Assembly: GCF_963506605.1 (NCBI RefSeq)
Contig: NC_083276.1
Location: 43,276,001-43,340,000, forward strand
Length of the DNA stretch: 64,000 bases
Direction: 5' to 3'
Origin: Zootoca vivipara
Taxonomy: Eukaryota
Shown here: piece by piece, positions 51,301-63,300 of the stretch
Layout: the number at the start of each line of letters is the position of its first letter
How positions within the stretch are numbered: position 1 is the first letter of the stretch
Translations under genes and position numbers: made by a program
Notes under the pieces: generated by a model
What the model was told of the DNA's origin: nothing
What the model saw: only the letters and a program-made list of their open reading frames with translations
Databases searched by the model: none

Positions 51301-54300
51301 TTCTGAAGTTTTTGTTGTGGAAAGTAATAGATAAAGTCAACAAACCTACCCAAAGGAAATTTGGTTTCTTTATTCTCCATTTCCACTGCAAATTCTGTGC
51401 TCGCTAATCTCTGTGCAGTCCAACTAGTAAATGATCCAACTTTCCAGTAAGCACATATTTGCAATATTTTCTTCATCCCCTGGAGCCATTTAAAATGAGT
51501 GTCTATCACAGCGGCATAAATGCCTGTAACCCTTGAGATTTTGTTGGACGCCATTAGCTCCAGGCCACATAACCAAATGTCACTGGTGATGAAATTTGTA
51601 GTCCAGCAACATCTGGGACGCCACAAGCTCCCTAATTCTGCTCTCTCTCTTTCAGTGGCTGGGCTGATTTGCCAAGAAATCCTGCTGTGAGGAAGTAAAT
51701 CCTCAGATGATTCTATGCGTTGGCATAGTACATTTGCTGTTCATCTGTATACAAAACACTGCTGTGGGGACACAGTCGTCCAGGCCAAAACCTGAATGTA
51801 AGCTCCTTTTAAAAGCATTCACCTGCACACAAAATTTCTTATGCTTTCAAGAGCAGTAACTTGCAACAAATGCATAAAACACTGATTAATGTAGTAATAT
51901 CCCATTACCCTCCAGTTACTGAAAACCAAACAATTAAAAACAATACTAAACATGCATACCGTAGCACTTCTGTAAGAATTTGTGGCTCATATTTTGATGA
52001 GTCTGCAGGAAAAGGGAATTCCAGAAACATAGGGAAACTGCCATTTTATATTCCAGGGCAATGTGATTCTGGCAAGCCCAGCTGCTATATTCAGGGTGGC
52101 TCTCTCTCTTTTCACAATTAATAGTTTTGATTATTCAAGGCAGAGGAAAAAATAACAAAAAGGCAACAGCCTTTCCAAACACCACTTCACTTATGTAATA
52201 TATATAAGAATATGAGAGAGGTGAAACAATCATGGAACAGCTACTATATGCCATCAGATAGCTCGAGGATATCCCTTTTTTGGAATGTGGCAGGCAGGAA
52301 AAATAATTCATTAAACCATATTTCTAGGTTGGAAGGTACCTTGTTCCTCTTTTTGCTAAGCACCAGGCTCTTGGCAGCTAGAGTTGCCCAGTGGTCTCCA
52401 GCTTCACTATGCTTTTGGGGGTCACATACTGCTAAAGTACACAACAATCAGGCAAGCATGTTGCCATGACATTAGGAGGGTGACACTTGTTTACCATTAC
52501 AGATCTCAACCCTACAGCTAGGGAAAGAAACAAACTCTCAGTACATGGCTCAAAGGATGGTAAGGGTTTTCTAGATCAGGACTAACACCTAGAATTGTAT
52601 CAATTAAAAAAATAGTGTTGGGGTGGGATTAGCCTTTGCTCCTGAAAAAATATTCCATCTGGTTGGAAAATCAGCTATTAACCTCAACATGAAATAGAAA
52701 ACATGCTGTAAACTTGTGATGGCAGCTGTCAGAATTGAGGAGTTACCTTGTGCTTCTGTAGAAAGCTTTGAGCCACATTCAAGGACTGGCCTCGGTTTGT
52801 GGAACTGGCCACTGACATCCGCTCACTAATCCACTTCATTTCCATGTCATGGTAATGGTAGAACTGGAACAATTCCACTCTGGCCTGAAGCAGCTGGCCT
52901 CTCTCAGCAAGAGGCTCCTGGAGAGAGGCAAACCTGTGAATCAGATGTTAAAAAATTGAGGTTCACACACCCAGCCTAAGAAAATGCAGAATCCCCTCAA
53001 TAAGCAAAATTTCTTATTAGATTAGTCAACGTAATTGGTGAGTCACAAAGAGAAGGTCAGTGATCCTGCTGTCAGTGAAATATCTTCCTCTCACTAATGA
53101 ATAGTTCTGAAATGTTGATTTTAATCTTGGGCACCCAACTTGCTTTCTACACCCACATTGCCAAAACTAATTAGACAAACCAGTGTAAAATTGTATGTTG
53201 AGAATGTTATGAATGATAGAGGCCAGCAGAGTCACTTCTCCAATCATACCTTGATGAAAATTATTTTTATGTGCTTGTGTCCTGCTAATAATCTGGTGAA
53301 GGAAGCAGGAAAGAATAGTGGCAAGCTAATAATATCAGGGAAGCTGATCAGCATTTTGCCATTGTAAAAAAGCCTGCGAGATACTTCAGGCTGAGGTAAT
53401 GATCTGGTCACCCCTTCATAGCAAAGTGGGGATTTGACTCTTAAGTTTTCCACCATATCCAAGCCCAGTACTCTTTTCATTGCACCATACTAGCTCTCCC
53501 TGCATCACCTGCTTATGTTATGTTAGGCTTTATTCCAGTGCTATATTTCTAGAAAAAGAGGTGCCAAAACTCACTATGAATTTCTCTCTCATTCTCTTAG
53601 AATGGCAATGGGGCCCACCTGAGAGGTGCCCCGAACTGAGTTCTGGCAAATTCCGGCTGAAAAAAAGGTCATGCTTTATTTTATTGTTAAAGTAGTTTTC
53701 AGAGTTCTGTGGAACAAGCAGTATCAAACTGTGCTTGGCTGAGAGATAAAAAGTAAATCCTTATGGACAGGAGAATAATGAACCCTTGTACAATGCACTA
53801 TGTTTAGAGATAGAGCAACCCACCATTCCAAATACTTCTGGGTCTCATCCAGAATCCTTTCACTGTCAAAATGATTTGTAGCCATTTTCTTGGCCTGCAG
53901 CACAATCGAGCTCATTTTCTCAGCCAATCCCTGCATCTCATTTTCCAGCTGACTGTGTTCCTTGAGCAAATTGCGACTAGAACGCATGTCATGGCCCATC
54001 TCTGCATCTCGAAGACTCTTCTCAACCTTCTCTATCTTCTCCTCAGCATCCTAAAGGGGAAATATTGACATGTGGATGATTCCCCCTTTTGCTCTCTTTC
54101 CTGTGGCATAAATTCTCTGCGGCGCTGATGGAATGGTGCAACCATTCAGCAAGTTCTGCACCTTGGTTTTTATTCCTTGGTGCAGAATCTGCCATGAGCA
54201 CTGCAAAAGCTTATTTTTGCTGTCATAGGAGGGGCAGAGGAAGCTACATTACATAGAGTCAGATCATTGATCCATCTATCTCAGGACTGTTGTCACTGAC

Positions 54301-57300
54301 TGGAAGAGGCTCCTCAGAGTTTCAGACAATGGACAATCCCAGCCCTGCCTGGGGACTGAACCTCGGGCCTTCTGCATGCGAAGCAGATGCTCAAGTATTC
54401 AGCTACTTTACATTTTCTTTACTAGTTTTAGAACCTAAAGTTATTCACTGGTTAAATACTTTAAAACAGGAAAAGGAAACCGTAGCCCTCCAGATGTTGG
54501 GTTTCAACTCCCATCTGCCCCAACCAGGTGGCCAAAGGTCTTTTAAAATTTATTAACAGTGGCAATGGCATCCACCCAGTTCAGCTCTAGCCTTCCCGGC
54601 AGAAAGGCACTTGCCCCTAACCTCAAGAAGTTCCATAAGTTGTTCTTGCTGTCCGGCCTGCCTCAGTTTGTCTCCTCGCTCTATCATCTTGCTGTACAGC
54701 TTCTCCCATTTCTTCTTCAGCTCCGACATTTTGTCTTGAATGGAATCTGCAGCATAGTGGTCATCCTGAACCAGCTGTTTTCCAGCCTGGAGAGAGACAG
54801 TGCATTTGGTCAAGAGCAAACTCCTGTAGCTCTGGTTACTTCTACCTGCCTCTGTTTATGTCAAATTCTTTGTATGCAGAAGAAGCCAGTATTCTAAAAA
54901 CTGCAAAGCGATGCTCACCAACCAGTCACTGAACAAACCAAAAATGCTGTACAACAACATTGGTGGCCCTGATTTCAGAAGGCTGAAAATCAAGCTGAAC
55001 TCTTTAATCGGAGTCTCGGACTGCAGGGTTCAGCAGAAAGGTGAGGAAAGCTATAAATCAATTACGGCCCCTCGCTAAAAAGCTGTTTTCTCGCTAAGTT
55101 CATAATCAGTTTGGAAGAAGAAGGTATATCCCGAGGCACTCAAGATGGCGCTGAGTTGTGGCGTATGTGAAAATTGATGGATAGTAGCAGCCAAACGGGA
55201 GTCTCGGAGTGCGGGGACCAGCTGAAGGACGAGGAAGGCTGTAAGTCAATCATAAGAGGTTATACATAATGTGAAACAGCTGTTCCACGCCAAAAGCTGG
55301 ACTCGTGCAAAATCTATAAGAAGTTTGGAAGAAGAGTGCATAGAATCCGAGATTCCTAAAATGGCGCTGGTTTGTGTCGGACTGTTGATGTGGCAAGATA
55401 GGCATACTGGACTAAGAGAGATTTATGGGGAGGTTGGACTGGATAAAAAATCCACACAGGAAAAATGGACAGTGTTAAATCTTGTTTGATGCTTATCTCA
55501 GAAGCTGCGACGAAAGATAAAAGGGAGAGGAAAACATCTAGAAGGATTATTGAAAAGATTGGGACTATGATGGATAACAGCAAGATTTTGACAACAGGAT
55601 TAGGATGGCAATGTTAACAGCTGCTTAAAATCCCAGGACTTTGGAGCATGGGGAGTCGAAAAAAAATTGTTTTAAGGATTTGGCATAATATTTGGCTTAA
55701 TTGATATGTATATGTATAATTGGATATAATTGAAATAATTGAATTGTTTCTTTTTAATTGGAAAATTTAATAAAAAAGTATTTATAAAAAAAAAGAAAAT
55801 CAAGCTGAACTTAAGGGCGGTGTGTTGTTTTCATCTGTTTTGCGGTAGGAAAACTCTGCTTCCCATCAGTCTTTTGCATGAACTTGGACATCTCTTAACA
55901 TCATATGATGGGAGAGTACATATATGCATACATACTTGCTTAGCAAAAATAAAAAAATTCCTTCAGTAGCACCTTAAAGACCAACTAAGTTTTTATTTTG
56001 GTATGAGCTTTCGTGTGCACGCACACTTCTTCAGATAGGTATCTGAAGAAGTGTGCATGCACACGAAAGCTCATACCAAATTAAAAACTTAGTTGGTCTT
56101 TAAGGTGCTACTGAAGGATTTTTTTTATTTTTGCTTCGACTCAGACTAACACGGCTACCTACCTGATACTTGCTTAGAACATTCTTCCTAATGCATAGCT
56201 GTAACTGTTGTGCTACTAGACACTCTTTCATTCTTAAAGTTCAATTTTAGTGTTATATGCAGGCATCCTAAGTGATATTACAAACAGCAAAGTTAGCAAT
56301 ATACTTGATAGGCACAGTTCTTTGAGGCTTTGTACTTTGCTTCCCTGAAAGCCTAGTTTTAGGCCAGGGGTCGAGCTGGACTGCCACAGCATGACGCCGA
56401 AAAGCGCGTCTGTGCATGCCCGCGGCGCTGGAAATAGCCCAGACGCCAAAAATCATGCCTGCACAGAAGCGATTTTCGGCATCTGGGCATGTGCAGATGC
56501 AATTTCCGGCGCCGTGGAAGAGAGTCTCCGTGCCATGCTGCACCGGTTTAGCACAGTGTGCTGGGACTCATTGAGCAGGTGGCTCGGTTCTGGAGTGCTC
56601 GTGGGCCGGTTAAGCGGCCTCCATGGGCTGCTTCCAGCCCACGGGCCACACGTTGCCGATCCCTTTTAGGCTTCTGCAGAAAGCACCAACATGTTTTCAG
56701 TTTTAACATTATAAATTAAATTTAAAAACAAAAATTAAATACAAGCTTTTCAGAAATGCAGAATTCCAGTTCTAGTGCTGTGTGCTGTGCATGTGAGGAC
56801 AGGCCTGGTTGTTTGCTATTAGAATCCAGAAATATGCACCGAACTGTTCTATTTAAATTTGAAATGTTCTAATCAAACAAGGAATTGTTGGCTATTCTGC
56901 CAGTCATCAATATGTCTCCATGAGACCAGCCTTACCACCATCAGCTCCACATAATGCTTCTTATTGGCCATCATTTCTTGTTCTGCAGCTTCATGCTTTT
57001 TGAGCTTCCGTAGTATGTTTGTTGGCTCACGGTAGGACTCATCTGATGCTATCTTGTATTTCTCTTCCATCCACATCAAGAGCTCAGCAGTGTCGTGAGT
57101 GAACTCCTACAATTGCATTAAATCTCTTTTTTCCCCATGTACATATTGATATATTGGAACATATATTTACAGATAGCACAATGAAAACAAAAATACATTA
57201 AACATAGTGTGTATTCAATTACAATGTTTAATGTCACATTATGGGATGTTCCTGTGAACTCAACCCATCGTAGTTACAGCACAGAAAAACATTATGGTTG

Positions 57301-60300
57301 ATTCTTATTTTGAACTTTCTCCTACAGCTGCATACTGGTCAAAATACTCTTTCTAGAGCAGGTTAGGTGAACCCCTCTCTTATCAGAAAGTTGGAATATA
57401 TGGTGCAGTGGGCATGAAAGGCAAATTTGGGCCAATCCCTCAAGAACTTGGTGTGATAATACGGTATGTCCCTGCTGATCCTCAATGCCGCTTATCCCTT
57501 ACATTTTAAAGTCTAACTAAGTTTATATTTTGGTATGAGCTTTCGTGTGCATGCACACTTCTTCAGATACACATGCACACGAAAAGCTCATACCAAAATA
57601 TAAACTTAGTTGGTCTTTAAGGTGCTACTGAAGGAATTTTTTTATTTTGCTTCGACTCAGACCAACACGGCTACCTACCTGTAACTAGAATTTTAAAGTC
57701 TGCTATAAACATCACCAGCATTTATTTCATACCAATGCAGAATACAAAGGTGGAACACTCCCAGCAAAGAAAGCTTAAGAACAATATAAAAAGGTAAAGG
57801 GACCGCTGACCATTAGGTCCAGTCGTGACCGACTCTGGAGTTGCAGCGCTCATCTCGTGTTATTGGCTGAGGGAGCCGGCGTGCAACTTCCAGGTCATGT
57901 GGCCAGCATGACAAAGCTGCTTCTGGTGAACCAGAGCAGCACACAGAAACACCATTTGCCTTCCCGCTGTAACGGTACCTATTTATCTACTTGCACTTTG
58001 ACATGCTTTCGAACTGCTAGGTTGGCAGGAGCTGGGACCAAGCAACGGGAGCTCACCCCGTCGTGGGGATTCAAACCACCAACCTTCTGATCGGCAAGCC
58101 CTAGGCTCTGTGGTTTAACCCACAGCGCCACCCGCGTCCCTAAGAACAATATACCCATCCTTTAAAACAGGCCCCAGGTGAACTCTTCAGGTTACACTTT
58201 AGAACACCAGTGAAAGGTCACAATACCTAATGTTCCCCTGAGTCAAAAAATGTTCTGCTGTGGAAAGCAAACATGTCAAAGAGCAGTATCCAGGCCTAGC
58301 CTTCTCCCTGATATGCTAGTGTCTACATGCAGGTCATTTTTTGTGTGGGGAAGCTTTTAAACATGTGTTATTCCATCCACATTCTAGGATAAACTATATG
58401 CTCTTTCTGAATATTATAATCAAGAGGTTTTTCAACATTTTTGAGTTCATGGCTCCCTTGACCAGCTACATTCTTTCTGTGGCACCCATGTGGGGCTTGG
58501 GAGCCCAATTATGTCACCCCTCGCCTGCAGAGCTTTTTGAACAACTTCCCTCGTGGAGTGTTCCCTCAGCCTCCTTGCCTCTCCCCTCTCGTTGGAAGCC
58601 CTCTGGGCAGCTGTTGTCGCTGCACCTGGTCCTTGAACTGTTCCCCCTGCCCCAAAGAGAGGTGCCTCCTCATACTGCCCCACAGGGCCAGGCCCAGAAG
58701 CACCATTCACCTGGGGAGCTTGTAGCCAGGGCCGCTGCAACAAACAGCTGTGCAAGCCTTGGGGAGGCAGAGATGCAAGGGGGCATCAGAGGAGGGAGGG
58801 AAGGAAGGAGGGACAGAGGCCAGTGTTGCCCGCAGCACCAACTGACCATCATTCAAAGCACCCCAGGGTGACACAACACACTGGTGGAAAACCACTGTAT
58901 AATCTGATGTTATGAACTACAGCTGCCATCACCCCTGACCTTGGCCATGACAGCTGGAGATTATAGGAGTTGTAGTCCAAAACAAAAGGAAGCCACCATG
59001 TTAGGTACCCCTGAACTGGAGAACACTCAACCTAGGTAGGTAAGCAAGCAAGCAAGCGAACAAGCGAACAAACTGCTTCCAACCTCTCTACATATGGTTT
59101 GTGATACACTGCCCTCTAACCTGTAATAGAAGAGAAGCTAGTAGCCTCTTCTTCCTCTGTTCATTATTATTAATTAGCAATTTCCATCTCTCTCGTAAGG
59201 CAGCCATTCTCTCCTCAATCCTGTAAATGAAATAAGAGGAGATTCAATTTCTCCAAAAGGTATTACATGGGTTGTGGGTGAGGAGCTCTATCAGAAATAA
59301 TTTGTAAAACATTTGGTAAAACATTTCATCTCTTTGAACCTTAGTAGACTGATCTACAGGGTGTTATGGCAGTTTAGGGTAGCTGAATATCTAACTCAAA
59401 TTAATCCACAGTTTACTCTGCTATTCAATATAAGACATTTGGATTTTTCTAGCTAAAGGAAGAAAGGCTAATGCTGTATAAATTCCTTTTACAAAGGAAT
59501 AAAAGCTAAAGGCATTAATACATGACACAAAAATGTAAAGGGCATTCTAATGTGTTTCTTAATATCATGCATGAATAGGCCTTGGTCTTTCCTGTCTTCC
59601 AGATCTAAATAAATGAAAAATGAAAATCAAACACGTACTTGTCAGAAGCAAAATGGTCCCTTTCCACCAGCTGATATCCATGCTCATTGACTGCATTTAC
59701 TCGCTTTTTCAGCACCAGTAGCACTCGTTCAAAATCCTCATGCCGCTTCAAGAGGCTCTGAATAGAACCAACGTGGTCCTGAAGATATGGAAAACAAGCA
59801 TGACCACACCTCCCACATTCACTGGGCCGTCAACCTCCAAATGAAGGTGTGATGAGCACTTCTGTGAACTTGGCAGATTCCCACAAAAATAAAAGCACTT
59901 TTGAGTGGGTGGAGTGTTTACAGATGGATGAGGTGGTCAGGTGATTTAGCATTCAGCAGTCAGTTTGCAAATGACGCTGAGAACGTTGATATGTGATGAT
60001 ATCAACTCTCCATGGAGATGGTCATCTTGTCCCACGTAAGATGTTCCCAGGAACTATGCTCCAACATCACAACATTCCCAGCACCATTCGGTTGGCAGCA
60101 GGTTGTTGAATGCAGCCGTTTGCCTTTCCTTGATGTTAAGGAGGCAGGGGAAATTGAAAGATTGCCCTCAACCTTCTCTTCTAATAGTAAACATCCTCTC
60201 ATTCTGAATTTTCACTTTCTCCTTCCCCTGCACTGCATGTCCATTGCATTCTCCTGATCTTTGGGTAGATTCCCAACCTCCCTAGAATCCAACCAAACAC

Positions 60301-63300
60301 TGAGAAGTCCAGGAGGTGGGGTTTGCATGTTCAGCAGATTAGCCTTAATCCCACATCATGGTGCAAGCATATTTATTCCTTCATTTATCATTTTTATCTA
60401 TTTCATAATACTGTACAGTGGAACCTCGGTTTATGAACACCTCGGTTTATGAATTTTCGGTTTACAAATGTCGCGGACCCATTTGGAATGGATTAATTCA
60501 CTTTCCATTACTTTCAGTGGGAAAGTTCGCTTTAGTTTATGAACGCTTCAGTTTATGAACAGACTTCCGGAACCAATTGTGTTCATAAACCGAGGTACCA
60601 TTGTATTTGATTGTGGAAAAAACCTCAAAACGGTTTACCAAAAGATTTTATTTAAAAAACCCATTAAAAATTGCAGCAATACTTTAAAACATACAGCAAT
60701 ACTTTAAAACATAAATTACTAAAACAGATTAAAATTCACAACTTCATTATTCTTACAGCAGTTTCGGAGGTGGCATCAGCTATGTTTTAAGTCATAATAA
60801 ACTACAGCTTATTATGGCAACAAACCAAGGAAAGTCTGGGGCTGAGGCATTCCATAGACTCCTCTCTTCCTCTGGCACAGCCATAAGCAGGAGACTAGAA
60901 GATTTCATTTTCTTTCTGATTAACTTAAATTCAGCATTATATTAAAAGCCTAAACTGTGGTTAATTTTAATCTTAGTTAACTTCAGAAACCATGGTTTAA
61001 AGTTTCAAAGAAACCATAATTAAGATTAACCACATTTTGTTGGGTTCAGAGCACATGACAAGCTGTGGTGAACCAAAAACAGAAGAAAAAGTTTCTGATC
61101 TCCTACTTTCAGTTGTGTCAGGAAAGGGAAGGGGAAGAGGGGTATACAGGGCCCAGTGCTGACCTAAATTCATTCTCACCACAATAAACCATTGCTTACA
61201 TGACGTTCAAACACAGCCACTACCTCTGGCATATCTTCTATCTCTGCCTTCTTCATTGTGCAAGCAAGCAGCCTTCACAATAAACTTGTCAGTGAACATG
61301 CCTAGGTTTTTCCAGGTAGAATAACCTAGGCTTTGCTAATGTCTCACTACAAGGTTTTCCATGATATCAGAACACGACATTCTTGAAAACAAGAAATTTT
61401 CTCTACTCATACAACTCATACGTGTATAAAAGACATATATAAAAATACATATATAAATGCTGTCTCAGTTTTCTGCAGAGGAGAACATTGAGGTTTTTTT
61501 TAGTGGGGGAGAATTAATAGCAGATATATGCAAGGTAAAGGTAAAGGGACCCCTGACCATTAGGTCCAGTTGTGACCGACTCTGGTGTTGCGGCGCTCAT
61601 CTTGCGTTATTGGCCGAGGGAGCCGGCGTACAGCTTTCAGGTCATGTGGCCAGCATGACAAAGCCGCTTCTGGCGAACCAGAGCAGCACACGGAAATGCC
61701 GTTTACCTTCCTGCTGTAGCGGTACCTATTTATCTACTTGCACTTTGACGTGCTTTCTAACTACTGGGTTGGCAGGAGCTGGGACCAGGCAACGGGAGCT
61801 CACAAGGATTTGTTGAGGTATTTTTATATCTCATCCTAACTCTATAAATATTGGATGAGATCCAATGTGGCCTGGAGGAGATATTTTTTTAAAAAAATTA
61901 TACCAAGAATTTATTACCTCAGACACAAATTACTAACTTCTACTCTGAATTTGTAGCCATAAGTATTTACCTCAAGATTATTAGTTCGGAGAAAGGCCTC
62001 ATGGCTCGAGAGAGCAGCATGGATGCCATTGATTTCTCTGTTGAATTTCTGAAGTTCAACATCTTCCTGGAGCTTCTTCCGCCGCTTTACCCACAATTCA
62101 TCTAACTCATTCCTTTGCTGAGCAAGCTTTTGCACAGACTCACAGATTTCCAAAGCCTTGGTGTTGAATGGGCCATCCATTATCTTCTGACCCAATTCTT
62201 GCAGCTGGTTAAACCTGTTAAAGTTCCACAAAAATGGCATGTATTATTGTCATAAGTGAAAACCACATCTTCATCAAGAAAATGCATATTTCCTTAAGAG
62301 GGTAGCTGGAAGTCGGGAGGGTTTCCTTCCATTCTGCAGTTTTAATCTGAAATCTTAGGCACCCTGCTGAGTCCAGAGCTCAGAAACTGCTCACACTAAT
62401 AAAATTCCCTGTTGCAAAATGCACCTAGAACAATGGGAGTTTCAAGCACTGATGCAAATCAATCAATCTTTATTGTGAAAAAATTCCTTCAGTAGCACCT
62501 TAAAGACCAACTAAGTTTTTATTTTGGTATGAGCTTTCGTGTGCATGCACACTTCTTCAGATACAGTGAAATGGAAGTTTCCAGGCACTTATGTAGAGAA
62601 GGGGTGGGGAGGGGTGGGGATGGGGAGGGGTGGGGATGGGGAGGGGTGGGGATGGGGAGTGGGGATGGGGAGGGGGTGACCAACACGGCTACCTACCTGT
62701 AACCAAATCTTTATTGTGGTCAAAGACCAGACAGCAAAATTAACAACAGCAGCATATGCCACATCTGGCTCAAGAAGTGGATGTAATTAAAAACTCTATA
62801 AATCTATTTACATTAAAATAGCACTCCTCCTGCTAACGTCTGTATTCCAGAGATTAAAATCATTACTCATTCGTGAGCCAAATAATAATAAACCTATGCA
62901 GTATGTGGTCTCTTTCTGTTCTAAGGGAAGTGGGGGACTTTGGAAGCAACTTTGAAGGGGTATTTTAAAGGTCTAACAGATTATATTTCCACACTTTACT
63001 TTGCTGCACGTTCTGTGATTTTAAATCTCTTTCACCAAAGAGTACTTGCCCCAAACCTGGATCTAGGCATCCAGCGAATTCTCATTTTTCATTATACCCA
63101 TATCTTTTTTTCCCTTTTACCAAACCAACATGATGGGAATTGTAGTTTAACGGAGGCAGTGAGAGATTTTACTTTCTTGGGTTCCATGATCACTGCAGAT
63201 GGTGACAGCAGTCACGGAATTAAAAGACTCCTGCTTCTTGGGAGAAAAGCAAGGGCAAACCTAGACAGCATCTTAAAAAGCAGAGACATCACCTTGCCAA

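Larger units (their letters stand above)
55944..56165 (+). mobile_element. Penelope-like fragment, head-to-head inverted pair
   Basis: ~90-bp arms inverted about ~56039; TSD ATACTTGCTTAG (55932-55943 / 56166-56177). Confidence 0.8.
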
